From contig WELB01000018.1 in NCBI GenBank assembly GCA_009602725.1, forward strand, positions 737,831-801,830: DNA of 64,000 nucleotides. Direction: 5' to 3'. The notes beneath the pieces are model-generated. The model was not told the DNA's origin, ran no database searches, and worked only from the letters and a program-made list of their open reading frames with translations. This document shows positions 15,822 to 27,944 of this stretch, in pieces. The first letter of the stretch is position 1; every line of letters begins with the position of its first letter. This DNA is from Spirogloea muscicola. Taxonomy: Eukaryota. A program made the translations under genes and the position numbers.

Positions 15822-17133
15822 ATGGCACGTCATGGACAGTTGGAGGGAGGTGTAAGTCTATCGTGGGTAGAGTAAGGACTCCTCGTCAAGACCTGAGCTT
15901 CCCTTATAGCGGCTCCGGGCTGCCTGGCCCTGCTCGATCAGTTGCCCAGTTGACTGGGAGAACTTGAGCTGCAAGGATGGCCGGCATCTTCAAACAATGT
16001 CAGAGGCGCATGCCCCTCAATCCCTGTGTGACTGCCTGGAACGCCAGTGAATATATTGTTCACTTTGCCGCAAACTCCATGGATAATGTGAACGGAGGCA
16101 AAAGAGGGTAGCTAGCAGGATGACATGCTATCAGGAGCCAGGCAGCATAGCTGTCGCGAGGAACCCAGACCCGTTGCGTGACGGCGTCTGCGGAGCTTTG
16201 CTTCGAGACTCAGTCCTTCAGAGCAAGGAGCTGTTTTCCCTTGCAAAGCACTTCGTCATTGTGACTCAGCACGAGCTGAGGGTCCACCTCAGTCGCAATG
16301 CTGGGGACTTATTGTGCTCCCATGTCGCCGCAACCGAAGTACAGGAGTGCTCAGAAGCAAGCATAGTAGGTGGACTGCGAGAGGCAGCAGGGACCCAGCC
16401 AAATTAAAGGCTTCTCAGTCAAGCAGACTCGGCTTCCATCGACTCTTCTCTCTCCACACCCACTGCGCCCTTGCCGCCACGCTCTCGACACTCTCTGTAC
16501 ATTCTCTCCGAGCTGGCCCTGACAGCCATTGCCCCACTTGCGGTGGAGCTCTCGTGCTACCATCCCTCGGTGGCTCATTTGCGTCAAGCTGACATGGATG
16601 CGGAGATGGCTGCATTTTGTGGATACAAGGAGTGCGTCATCCATCACATGTGGTGCGAAGAGAGCGAGATCACCAGCCACCTTATCCATCACTACTTTGC
16701 AGACACTGAGAGTAGAAAGCACTTCTCAGGGTGAATCTCACTCACTGCACAGTGGGGCAAACGACGAGCCTAAGTAAATGTAAGTGTGCAGCTCCTTCAG
16801 CATCTCTGTCAGATGAAACACCTTCGGCAAGAAATATCACGGGCAACATGTCAGTAATGTGCAATCTGTCAGATGCATTCACAATTTCCGCATGCATCAA
16901 GCCTGTTTGACGCTCTGTACTACTCGATCTGTGCTGGTCGAAAATCTTGTTCTACCGGCCAAGCGGCATATGTCATCACCAACCTCCCTGCTATTCACCC
17001 TACAATGGCTATCGACGGAGATGACGGAGATGACGTTAGATGGCATGACAGCTCTGCTTCGTCACTCAGCTGCTTCGACGTCCAAGCCATTACCATCTTC
17101 TGAAGTAGGCCAGAAGGCGACTACATGAGGGAC

Positions 17134-17280
17134 GAGAGAGGGCGTGCGGTGCGCATGAGCTTGAAAGGGAGGCCAATTCTAGCCTTGACAAATGTCCCGG
17201 TAACGGGGTGATAAGATGGCTAAGGGGGACACTAAATTTCCCCGAGTGAGCACCTACATAACTGACAAGCTAAGCTGAGG
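17134..17280 (-). mobile_element. degenerate CRE-like tail (type-B 3' UTR) upstream of PAG1
   Basis: The minus strand reads AGCTTGTCAG...GTGCTCACTCGGGG (VLTRG), then CCTTAGCCATCTTA, then the type-B terminus. It parallels 47030-47095. Confidence 0.6.
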
Positions 17281-17744
17281 AGCCAGACCACCACCACCAC
17301 GTGGCTGGCATTTCACAGCCGATTCTTTCATATCAGCAGCCGCTTTCTTTCTACCACGGAAGCCATTAGCCTGGCCTGATGCACGCCCTGCACGCTGGTG
17401 CATCGCGAGTGCCTGGGAGCGCTGTGGACTCGACGGTAGCATAGGCCTCGAGCCCGTCGCCAACGAGAGAGAGGCTCGCCAAAGACGTGAGCTCTTCCAA
17501 AGCCCCAAATCGCCAAAGCCCAAAACCACAGACAGTCTCCCCTCTCACCCCCCAAGGAAGCCCCGCCAACCCCGGCGCGCTTCGCGGCGGCTATCGCGGC
17601 CACCTTGGCCTCGTCGGCGGCGGCGGCGGCGGCGGCGTCGGCGGCGGCGGCGGTGGGCCTNCGCTTCTGCGCCTCGCCGCGCTCATGGCGCGCTCTCCCA
17701 TGCGGCTCTGCCGCTGCCGACGCCTTCGTGCCGCCGTCTGAGCT

Positions 17745-17779
<35 letters not shown>

Positions 17780-17781
17780 AG

Positions 17782-20250
17782 TACGACCTGTCGGTGACCA
17801 CCTTCTCGCCTGACGGGCGCGTCTTCCAGACCGAGTACGCCGCCAAGGCCGTGGACAACAGCGGGTGAGCAAGAGCTGCTACTCCGTACTCACATGGCTA
17901 TGGCTGTCTCGTCGAGGCCGTACCCAGCGCCGCCGCCGCCGCCGCTGCAGCCGCCGCCGCTGCCAACGCCGACCCAATTGGCTCTCGCCTGCCCGCTTGT
18001 GTTGCAGGACGGCAGTGGCCATCCGGTGCAAGGATGGCGTTGTCATGGTGCTCCCGCCACGCTCGGCCCGAATCGCCTCACACATGATCCGCAGCCTCGT
18101 GCAGCTGCGCCGTCGCGGCTGCAGCAGCCATGGTCCACTTGCGGCAGCTAGGCTTCAGTGTGCAGCAGCTGTCCTTGATTACAGTTGGTAAAATTTCTAT
18201 TCAAGGCCCCAATTAAGCCTCACACCCAGCACGCGTGTGCTCCCAGGGCGTCGAGAAGCTGGTGATCTCCAAGATGCTCGTGGAGGGCTCCAACCGCCGG
18301 ATACACGCTGCCGACCGCCACGTCGGGCTGGTACTGCGCCGCCTTGTTGTGGAGCGTGTGCCGCTTGAACGGCTTCCGTTGTATCTTCGGCTGCAGCAGC
18401 AGCGGCAGAGTGCTCCTCGGGGGCAGCATGCTCTTGTCCTGGCCACAGGATGCGCAAGCCCCGCGAGCTGGGCGTTGCTTCAGGACGCTGATGACTCATG
18501 CTCACTCCACGCAGTGCATAGTGCACCGGAGAGGGTCGCCTTGCCTGTGTTGCTGCTAGTTGGGTTCCTTTATGGTGGCGGGCCAAGTGGCAGACTAGAG
18601 CTGACGGGATGAGCAATTTGCGTGTTGAGCGGTGCAGGCATTGGCCGGCTTGGTCGCTGATGGGCGGCAGATTGTTAACCGCGCCCGCGCAGAGGCGAAC
18701 AACTACAAGAGGTCTGCCATTAGTCACTCACTTCTGTCACAGTAAATCTTATCCAGTAGAATTTCTGGTCCGTCTTCTATGTATGCGGACCGCAACAGTT
18801 GTGGTGAGTAGCGTCCAGCCGTTGATTGTACTCGTCTTGGGTTTGCCAATTAATCACTGTGGGGCATCAGTTTGACGGCATGTTTCTGTCTGCTGGGTTT
18901 GTTGGCAGTTTCTATGGCGACCCCATCCCGCTCAAGGTGCTCTGCGACCGTGTTGCTGGTTACGTGCACTTGAGCACTCTCTACTGGTGGATGAGGTTGG
19001 TCAGCAGTGCCGCATGGGCAAGTCCTTTTCTGCTGCAAATGCAGTAGCATGCATGACAACTTCGAGTTGGAAGAGGTCATCGTTCGATTGACAGGTCAGC
19101 TCGGCAATCCAGCTTATGATGTTGCACCTCACTTGCTCCTCGGATTGCTTCAGGCCGTTTGGTTCGTCTGTGATCTTGGGTGGCGTTGACAAAGAAGGCC
19201 CCCAGCTATACATGATCGAGCCCACAGGAGTCTCTTACGTGAGTATTTCTTGATATCCTCCTACATAGCACTTCCATACCATGTCACTTTCACCAGCTTA
19301 TCTGACGTGCTTCAATGTGCAAGTACCTTGGTGCCCGTATTCCAGTGTGGCACTGGGGTTACATCTATATATGTGTGATTATATGCGATCAGTCAATGAG
19401 AGCCAGTGTGTTGCCTGCTGTTTTTGATGCAGCGGTACTTTGGCACAGCTATTGGGAAAGGACGGCAGGCAGCCAAAACGTTAGTTTGCCCCTATCTCAA
19501 TGAAGGTCACTCGATGCATGTCATCTGGCAATGGAGCTTTTACTGCCTAGATTGACTTGGTGCAGGCTTGTTTCTTGCGCAGTACTTGATCTGTATCACT
19601 AGCTGGGACTTGTGCAAATCATAGCTGTACTTGGTTATTTGCTCTACAAGTTCATTGTTTAGATGCTCAGACTTCGAAAGCTCAGTCTGACACGAGCTGA
19701 GCCTTGTGTAACAGGGAGATTGAGAAGCTAAAGCTCTCGGAGATGACATGTCGAGAGGGTGTCTTGGCCGTTGCAAAAATGTAAGCTCGACCAGATCTTG
19801 CTTGGATGTTGTATGATGCATAGCATGTTTAAGGTGTAAAACTTATGCACACACTAGCTGTCATGTGATGAGCACACCTAGCTTTGTGCAGTATTTACGG
19901 CATCCATGACGAGGCCAAGGACAAGGCATTTGAGCTCGAGATGAGTTGGATCTGCAGTGACTCCAAAAATGAGCACCAACGGGTAAGAGCGTGAGACGTG
20001 CCTGCACTTGAAGTGATTGGAGCCTACAAGTGCTCTCATGTGTTCCTATGATAGAGTTCTGCGAGGAGGTCTGCTGACAGAGATTGGTCCGCATCGCCAG
20101 CATCCACAAGACATGCGGCGGGTTTGTTGCTACTCCGCATGAGCTCACCCTGCTGAGTGCAACCAACATCTGCAGGTACCAGCCGACCTCCTTGCTGAGG
20201 CCGAGGCTGCTGCTAAGGCTGCTCAGGAAGAGGACATGGAGGCCGATTAA
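17782..20250 (+). CDS. PAG1: 20S proteasome subunit alpha-7 (PSMA3), first exon missing
   Basis: [101 protein letters not shown] and the end QEEDMEAD*. The expected MSSIGTG exon is not visible (N at 17661). Confidence 0.95.
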
Positions 20251-20754
20251 CCTCGCTGACACTGGGCTACCAGGCCGGAATGTGGGTATGCCCAGTCGTC
20301 GAGTCCTCTCTGACTTGTAATATTTGCTCTGCCTGCTTTTAGCCTGCAGATTGCTGGCTGGTCTGTTGCTGCCGTTATGAATAGGCCTATTGGCTGACAG
20401 AATCCATGTTCTCCCGGATAATTTTCATCCGTGTGCAACTACCAGCACAATACCCGCACTTTGGGGTGCCAAGAGGGGTGACTTAATCAATGCCATAGAG
20501 GCATGCTCTTTAGAGATGCTGCTTGACACGATGAGTACATAATGTAAGGCGGTTACTTGCGCATGAATGGCATGGTTAAGAGGAACGGTTTCCAGCCTGT
20601 CTCGTGATAGCACTGTGGACCTCTGAAAGGTCTACAACCTGCTGGGGTCCTCGTTTCAGAACCTCCAGCGGCTGCAGCTCGAGGGCGCCAGCCAACACGC
20701 GGCCCGAGTGCACAGGCCCATGGACGTGCCGCGGGGCGCATGGCCCGCCGCTCT

Positions 20755-21844
20755 TTAGGTGCCTTTCAGGCCTTTCACGGTAGTGACAAACTTGAGAAGC
20801 ATGGTCACAACCTGGAGACAAGCCAGCAAAGCACGACTGTCAAGCTAATGGCACAGCAGATGGACTGACTGGAAGAAGCGTACCTCAAATTCCAGCCATG
20901 GCAGCTGCAACGAGGGGCTCAAGCTTGCATAGTGACAGCATTCTCAGTGGCAAACTTGAGCTTTTCGATGTAGGCAGGAACTTTGATGAGGCAGCACCGA
21001 CGAACTAGAGCTGGTGACAGAATGCATTTGCAGAAACATGGAAGCAGGTGGGACATGGTAAGTCGCTCGTCGTGCTCACCTCGTGGGTCACAGAGCCCGC
21101 CTCGTCCTGCAGAGTCTTGATCTTGGTGGCGGTCTCCCGCCCCAGCCGCTCCTCCGTGCTCCCCGCGTCCCCGCTCGTCTGGCGACAGCACCAGGCTCGA
21201 CGGCAGTGTGGTGTGAGGGGCCGAACAGCACCCGCTCTGATGTCAAGCTCCCACCATGAGCTCTTGGCCAGTCCGGCGGGGGCTAGCAACCTCCGCCGCT
21301 GGCCAGCATCGACCAGTGCGGCTGACTGGCAGCCACTCAACGAGGCCACTTCAAGGCACGCCGGCAGTGAAGCACAGCTCGACCAGCGGCAGCCGCTGGC
21401 AGCCCAGCGGGCGCTCTGCCTCTGGCAGTGCGCTCGCAGCAGCAGCCGCAACGAGCGGAGGGGGGGCCTAGGGCTGCACCTCGGACTGCTTCTTCTTGAA
21501 CTCCTCCTCGCGCTGCGCGCGGTATGCCGCCACCTCCTTCTCCGCCTCCTCCTTGGCCTGCCGCAGCCGCGCCGTCTTGGCTGCGCTCCCCAGGACAAGG
21601 ACCCTCGTCAGACCCCAACGCGATATGGCGCTTGCTGCACATCGGAGCCGCCGCCGCCGCCGCCGCAAGCGCCGTCCCGCCCGGGCCGAGCCGCGGGCTC
21701 TTGCCGGCGAGCAATGCCAGAGGGCTGGCGCGGCTCACCGGAGCGCGCGGCGGCGATGATCTGCTGCGCCTCCTGCTCCGCGGCCAGCAGCAGCTGGATG
21801 CCCCCCTGCTGGCCGCCGCCGCCGCCCGACGACGCCCCGCCGCC
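20755..21844 (-). CDS. VHA-G: V-type ATPase subunit G (start codon in gap)
   Basis: QGGIQLLLAAEQEAQQIIAAAR/AKTARLRQAKEEAEKEVAAYRAQREEEF/TSGDAGSTEERLGRETATKI/VVTMLLKFVTTVK. Confidence 0.92.
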
Positions 21845-22249
21845 NNNNNNNNNNNNNNNNNNNNNNNNNNNNNNNNNNNNNNNNNNNNNNNNNNNNNNNN
21901 NNNNNNNNNNNNNNNNNNNNNNNNNNNNNNNNNNNNNNNNNNNNNNNNNNNNNNNNNNNNNNNNNNNNNNNNNNNNNNNNNNNNNNNNNNNNNNNNNNNN
22001 NNNNNNNNNNNNNNNNNNNNNNNNNNNNNNNNNNNNNNNNNNNNNNNNNNNNNNNNNNNNNNNNNNNNNNNNNNNNNNNNNNNNNNNNNNNNNNNNNNNN
22101 NNNNNNNNNNNNNNNNNNNNNNNNNNNNNNNNNNNNNNNNNNNNNNNNNNNNNNNNNNNNNNNNNNNNNNNNNNNNNNNNNNNNNNNCGGCGGCGGCGGC
22201 GGCGGCGGCGGGCTGACGGCGGCGGCGGCGGCGCGCGCTGCGTGCGCAG

Positions 22250-23148
22250 AGCTGATAGACCGGTGCATCGGGTCGCGCATCTGGGTGATCATGAAGGGCG
22301 ACAAGGAGCTCGTCGGCACGCTGCGCGGCTTCGACGTCTACGTCAACATGGTCCTCGAGGACGTCACCGAGTAGTGAGCCGCCGCCGCCGCCGCCGCCGC
22401 CGCGGAGCCCAGTGCCGGCGAGAGCCCTTTCTGAGCGCACACCGCTTGCTACTGATTGCCCAGCGAGATCACGGCCGAGGGCCGCCGCGTCACGAAGCTG
22501 GACACCATCCTCCTCAACGGCAACAACATCGCCATTGTGAGCGCCGCTTCGCGCCGCTTGCCTCTGCCGTGTTGCTGGGTGGGAGGGGCAGCCTTGAGAG
22601 CCCGACCACCAGTTCCGAGGCAACGTCAGTGCTGGTCGTAGATGGATAGTGCAGGCTGTCGCTTGGTCGCTGTCGGCCAGCGCAAATGCCGCCATTGCCT
22701 TGAGGAGTCACCGCCAGGTCGAGGCAAGCTGCCCGCCGAAGGTATATCAATTTGCAAGGTCTAAGTTGCATCGCTGTGGTGGTCGTCCTCATACTAACTG
22801 TGCCTTCTATTTCTCCTTTCCCTACTCTCCCTCTTCCTCCTGTTCCTCTCCCCATCCTTCCCCCTTCCTTCCACCAACTTGCCTCTTCTTCATCCTCCAT
22901 GTTCCTGCCTTCTGCTCTGGCCTCACTGCATTCTCTCCAATGTGTTCACCGCCTTGCCTACCGTCGTGCTCTTTTTCCTTCCTCTATTCCCTCTTCTTGG
23001 CCCCCTTCCTGTGCGCTTTACCTCACCCATCATATCCATCCCTCTTCCTTTTCCTTTTATGTCGCCCATCTGTCTATCTCTTCCTCTCTTCCTCCCTTGA
23101 CTTCTCCATCTCCATCACCAGTTGGTCCCTGGAGGAGGGCCGGAGTGA
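22250..23148 (+). CDS. LSM5: U6 snRNA-associated Sm-like protein LSm5 (first exon in gap)
   Basis: [73 protein letters not shown]. Confidence 0.95.
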
Positions 23149-23689
23149 AGGACAATCAGCCCCAGCTCGCAGTCAGCTTGTTGAGACCATCAGGGACTGC
23201 GACATATGTGAGCCCCATGTGGACTTGCAATTACTGCATTTTCCTCATTTTCCTCCATTCGGAGGCTGCATGCAAAAGACAGTGTGATAGACAGAGTCTT
23301 TTAGTTGCTCTTATTATCCTTCTCAAGCATGCAAAACCCTAACAAATACTTCCAACTTCGCTTGACAGGGAGGAAAGCTCTTGCGAGCCAAGAATCAATG
23401 TCATCAAACTCACTTTACTGTCAACAATCCAATACTCGTAGTTGCAATTAGCAGGCGGCTTTGCAGAAGCAGCATGCCACTTAAAAGCGCCCGCTGCTAC
23501 ACCTATATACAGAGTTGGGTCGACATTCCAGCCGCAGCAAAATTCAGGAGCCTCAATTGCTTTGAGACTGGTGGCTGCGCTAAGCTGAAATCTGTCAATG
23601 ATGGAGGCAAGCAAGAGGTGTGCTTGCGTAAAACTGCATCGTCCAGCAGCCACTACAACTTAATTTTGTAAACAAATCTCATTAGCTAA

Positions 23690-24914
23690 TCAAAAATCTC
23701 CTCCACCTCCAGAGTCTCCACCACCAAAATCGCCACCACCCACATCCCCGCCTCCGCCACCGTAGTCACTGTTGCCGAAATCGTTGCCGTTGTTATTGTC
23801 GTTGCCCTGATCGTAGCCCTGGTTGTAGCCCTGATCATAGCCCTGGTTGTAGTCATTATGGTCGCCGAGCGTCTCGCCAAGTACCAGGCCTCCAAGGCCA
23901 CCAAGCGCGAGGCCAGTGCCAATACCGCCAAAGCCACCTAGTCCACCCCCTGTCCGACCAAAACCACCCCCACCATAGCGGCCGCCTCCAAGACCTCCCC
24001 CGAAGCCGCTTTCGTAGCCGCCCCCATAGCCGCCGCCCCCATAGCCGCCTCCTCCGTAGCCGCCTCCTCCATAGCCGTAGCCGCCTCCTCCATAGCCGTA
24101 CTGTTGCTGGTAAGCTGGTGCAGGCGCGTACTGCGGCTGTCCATAGGCTGCATACTGCGGCTGCGGCGCTGCGTAGGGCGTGGCCACTGGCGGCTGTCCG
24201 GACGTTGATGGGTAGCCTGCCGCCGCCGAGCCCCAGGGAGCCTCCTTGGGTTGCTCAATCGGCTGCGAGATTTTGGCAGACACATTGATGCAGCCGTGCA
24301 CGCGGCCCGACGGACGGTACACTGGGTAGGCGGCGAAGTGCGGCCCCGCCTGGAAGACAAAGTCGGCGAGGCGCACCGACGCGATGCCCACCATCGTCGA
24401 GGGGATGTTGGCGCTATAGATCTGCAAAGCATGGTGAAAGCCACGGCGTGAGCCACGGAAGCGCCGCGTCCCGCGGTGTAGGCACTTGCAAGCTTCAGCA
24501 GATGGCCTGGGCTGGCGAAGCCGTCATCGGTTATACATGTTTACTAACCAAAGTAGAAATGAAGCTGCTGCAACATAGAAATGAAGCTGCTGCAACACCC
24601 AGTATTGTGAACGAGGATGAAGCGGCAAAAGAGGCATATTATCGTCGCCGAGGGCCGCAGCGGGAGCGCACCTTGACGACGATGGCGGCGCCGCGGGCGC
24701 CGAGCGAGTCCTCGTCAACGGTGAACGAGAGCTTGGAGTTCCAGACGGGGTGTTCGACGTCGCCGTCCAGGGCGGGCGGCGTGACCTGGTTGGCCACGGT
24801 GCCGCGCAGCGTGGTGATGCCCACCAGGCACGTCGGGCTCATCTTGCGGCGCAGCCAGCGCACGTTCTTCAGGCCCTTGCCGGAGATAATCGTAAACTCC
24901 ACGTCGCGCACCAT
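23690..24914 (-). CDS. SRC2: SRC2-like C2-domain protein with a Pro/Tyr/Gly-rich C-terminus, two exons
   Basis: C2 fold MVRDVEFTIISGKGLKNV...HPVWNSKLSF / VGIASVRL...YPVYRPSGRVHGCINVS, then a YP/GY-rich tail, GTGLALGGLGGLVLGE and GGGDF*, as in SRC2-type proteins. Confidence 0.8.
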
Positions 24915-25323
24915 CGCGCCTCCCCGCTTGGCAGCCGCTCGAGCGCCTCCCAGCCGAGCTCCTTGGCCGCCGCTGCCGCCGCTGCCGCAAGGAGCCGAGC
25001 GCGTGACTTGGGGCGAGGCAAGGCAGAAGGGGATCGTGGGAGATGGCGCTAAGTGTGTGCCGCTGAACGTGGTTTGTGACGCTGAGGCTCGTCCAGTAGA
25101 AGGGCGATATATGCGCCACGTACCGGACGATCGTTCACAAGGAGCTGCTCTCGGCGGGGCGCCACGAAGCCGCCCCCGCAAGACACCCCCCCCCGCTTCT
25201 CCCCAAGGCCCTCCGCGTGGCGGATCCGCGTCCCGGCTCCCGTCTCCGCGTGGCGCGCCGCCACCATCCCCGCCAGCTGCAATTCTGTCCATACTCTTTT
25301 CTGTCTTCTATTCTTTCTGACTA

Positions 25324-25396
25324 GCGGCTGCTTAATAGGGGTTACTGAGGAATCTCTTTGCCAGCCCCTCTTTCTCTATGGGCGCGCCTTCTTCTT
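25324..25396 (+). mobile_element. internally deleted CRE-like tail, facing the 3' end of the long copy
   Basis: GCGGCTGCTTAATAGGGGTTACTGA (RLLNRGY*) fused to CTTTGCCAGCCCCTCTTTCTCTATGGGCGCGCCTTCTTC, which matches the reverse complement of 45272-45312. Confidence 0.7.
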
Positions 25397-25479
25397 AAAA
25401 ATCTCGTGTACTGAGGGGAACCGTCTTCTGTGGTACTTGATTAGTTGTATGCTTTGGCGCACTCCGGCCCCCTTCTCGA

Positions 25480-27935
25480 AAGAAAGAGCTCGCCCATTGA
25501 GGATAGGGGCTGGACCAGCCAGCCCAAAAAAGAATGGACAAAGTACGAGAAGGGAGCCAGGGGAAGCGCTAAGAAAAACAAGCACAAGAAGAAACAAAGC
25601 AGCTACGAATGACTCAGTAATTCCTGCTGAGCAGCCGCAGATCAGAGATGCTAGGGTCCTGGAAGTGGGTCCCCTGGACAGAGCCAGAGGCAGCAGCTAG
25701 GGCTCTTCCGGCACGAAGGTGCAGCGCACGGGCCATGGACCTCTGCAGCGAGACGGCCAAGCGCATGCGATACACTTGCGCCAGCGACCCGGCTGCAGGA
25801 AAGTCTACCGGCTCACCCTGGAAGCGACGGGCGATTGCGTGGCGGGCGAGCTGGTTAAGTAGCTCAAGCCACCGAGCGCCCAGTGCCCCATGGATGTCAA
25901 TTGCCAACGGGAAGAACTCGTCTTCTGGCGGGTGGTCGGCGTACTTGATCTCTTTTGCCCGAGCGGCGCAGGCGACCGCATACCCAGCCTTGGTGGCAGA
26001 CTGGGCTGGGTGGGAGCGGTCGAATGCGTCGGTAGTCACCATGTCCAGAAGCAGACGTGGCCCGCCGGCCTGTGGGGTGGCCACCAGGTCGACGCGACGA
26101 GCGTGGAGACCGTCGGCCCTTTCCTGGAGCGGCATGACGCCGGAGTGCTCCGCTGCCACCGCGAAACCAGCCTCCACCAGGATGCCGTGCATCGCGTCCC
26201 GGAGGCGGTCGTGGGCCGCCGTCCTCTCGCCGCCGTGGGAACAGCGCAGGACGTGAACAGCCAGCTCGCCAGGCTCGGCCCCTCGCTCGCCACACTGGCA
26301 TTGACGCACACCCTGGAGGCATGGAGGCGGCAGCCCAAGGAGCCGGTGGACGGCAGTGCGAAACACCTCATTTGGGAGGGTCAGGGCGTCAGTGATGGGG
26401 AGTGCCTGGAGCCACGCCGCTGCCCCCGGAGAGGAGGCCGATTGTAGTCTCGCGCGCCCGCGCAGGTCGGCCTCAGGGAGCTGCAGCACGGCGGTGGTGT
26501 AGGCGGCCTTGTCGACGACAGCCGCGAAGCGCGCTTGGACGCGCAGGTCAGCGGTGTGCGCGAGGTGCGCAAAGGAGACCGCCTGGCCGGCCATGTCGGG
26601 GTGCACCGCGAGCAGCTCCTGGTGGGCGGTGCGAAGCGCCACCTGGAACGGCAGCGCGCCCTTGTCCACCTCCACCACCGCCTGCTCCAGTGCACGCCGG
26701 CCATGGACGATGAAGCGCTGAGCCACGGAGGCGGCAGTCTGCGCCCAGCTGCCGAGGTTTGCAGCCCGGCATGAGCGGACGAGCGGGCGCAGGCCGAGAC
26801 CCCCGTGGCTGATGGGTAGCGCCGCCTGGTGGATAGCGGCTGGCGACTGGGGGAAGCCCTGGTGGCGGACCAGGGCCGCCAAGCTCGCCACCATGCCCAC
26901 GTCGAAAGCCTCGTACGCCGCCAATGCCTCTGGGGACGACGGAGTGGCCCGCGTCAAGTACTGGGGCCGCTGCCCGATGGCCTTGGTCAGCATGGCCAAT
27001 GACAGCTGCATATCCTCCAGCTCGGGGAGCCGGGCCGCGGGCTGAAGGTGCGCCGCGAGGCGGGCTCGCAGCTGCCCCTCCACGAAGGCCGGCGTGCCGA
27101 TGGGGACTCCCAGGAGGGTGAAGCCGTCTGCCGGAGTCCGGCAGCCCGGGGGCAGCGCCAGGGTGGGTAGGATCTCGATAGGGGACCAAGCCGCGCACTT
27201 CGCCGGCCGGATGGTCAGGCCGAGGGTGGCCAGCTGCTGCGTGAAAGTGACGAAGGCCGCCGCCACGTCTTCCGGAGGGCCGACTATGGTGGTGTCGTCC
27301 GCGAAGGTGGGGAGAAGGACTCCTGGGTGGGCCGCTGCGGTAGCCTGCAGAGCCCGGTTGTGCGCGAGCGCAAAGAAGAAGCCGGCGAGGGGGTCCCCTT
27401 GCCGCGTGCCCGAGCGGGACTGCAGGACCTCCACCTGATCACCCCCTGTCCTCCAGAGGAGGTCGCTGGGCTGAACGTACCCCAAGCGGAAAAAGGGGAC
27501 CAGGGAGGGGAAGGAGGCCCGGAGCTCCTCCACAATGCAGGCGCGCTCCACGGTGTTGAAGGCGTTTGCCACGTCGACGGCCAGCACCAGCCACCCCGGG
27601 TGCTGGTCCAAGGTCGCACGGACCCCGTGAACGACGGCCTCGCTCCCACTCCGCAGCCCCGCGCCGTGCTGGTGTGGCGCCAAGTGCACCTGCGCCGGCC
27701 CCGCATGCTGCTGCCAGAGTGCGCGGCTCACCAGGCAGTACAGGACCTCCCCAATGGCAATGGGCCTGACCCCCCCGCTCGGCTTGTCGAGGGCGAGCAG
27801 CGTGCTGGTGCACAGGACGCCACGGATGCCGGCCGGCACGTTGTCCCTGGCCAGGTGCTGGCAGATCTGCAGCAGCCCGTTGAAGTCCGCCGCCTCGCCC
27901 TCGAGGAAGATCTCCCGCAGGTGCTCAGCTCTGGC
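25480..27935 (-). mobile_element. CRE-like (RLE-type) non-LTR retrotransposon, 5'-truncated, young
   Basis: Single RT-endonuclease frame plus ~130-bp 3' UTR ending in hairpin GGGCTGG-CTGGT-CCAGCCC and GGGCGAGCTCTTTCTTTC. There are no LTRs, and the frame begins inside RT domain 0 (RAEHLR). Confidence 0.9.
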
Positions 27936-27944
27936 TTCTTCCAT
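25614..27944 (-). CDS. reverse transcriptase + CCHC zinc knuckle + PD-(D/E)xK restriction-like endonuclease (N-terminally truncated)
   Basis: RT motifs RPIAIGE, DVANAFN, GTRQGDPLAG, FADD, GLTIRPAKC, LLGVPIG. Post-RT LPISHGGLGL and AAWLQALP. Knuckle CQC...HVLRC then AHD. Nuclease RRVD..LLD..KEIKY..FFPLAIDIHG and LQRSMA, the architecture of the CRE clade. The ATG probably comes from flanking DNA. Confidence 0.92.
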   Translation of the reverse strand: MEEARAEHLREIFLEGEAADFNGLLQICQHLARDNVPAGIRGVLCTSTLLALDKPSGGVRPIAIGEVLYCLVSRALWQQHAGPAQVHLAPHQHGAGLRSGSEAVVHGVRATLDQHPGWLVLAVDVANAFNTVERACIVEELRASFPSLVPFFRLGYVQPSDLLWRTGGDQVEVLQSRSGTRQGDPLAGFFFALAHNRALQATAAAHPGVLLPTFADDTTIVGPPEDVAAAFVTFTQQLATLGLTIRPAKCAAWSPIEILPTLALPPGCRTPADGFTLLGVPIGTPAFVEGQLRARLAAHLQPAARLPELEDMQLSLAMLTKAIGQRPQYLTRATPSSPEALAAYEAFDVGMVASLAALVRHQGFPQSPAAIHQAALPISHGGLGLRPLVRSCRAANLGSWAQTAASVAQRFIVHGRRALEQAVVEVDKGALPFQVALRTAHQELLAVHPDMAGQAVSFAHLAHTADLRVQARFAAVVDKAAYTTAVLQLPEADLRGRARLQSASSPGAAAWLQALPITDALTLPNEVFRTAVHRLLGLPPPCLQGVRQCQCGERGAEPGELAVHVLRCSHGGERTAAHDRLRDAMHGILVEAGFAVAAEHSGVMPLQERADGLHARRVDLVATPQAGGPRLLLDMVTTDAFDRSHPAQSATKAGYAVACAARAKEIKYADHPPEDEFFPLAIDIHGALGARWLELLNQLARHAIARRFQGEPVDFPAAGSLAQVYRMRLAVSLQRSMARALHLRAGRALAAASGSVQGTHFQDPSISDLRLLSRNY

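Noticed and set aside
16000..17130. ORFs between the thioredoxin-like gene and PAG1
   Set aside because: No recognisable motif or consistent exon chain.
20919..20985. Alternative last exon for VHA-G
   Set aside because: Poor similarity; the exon at 20755-20811 (VVTMLLKFVTTVK) fits the family terminus.
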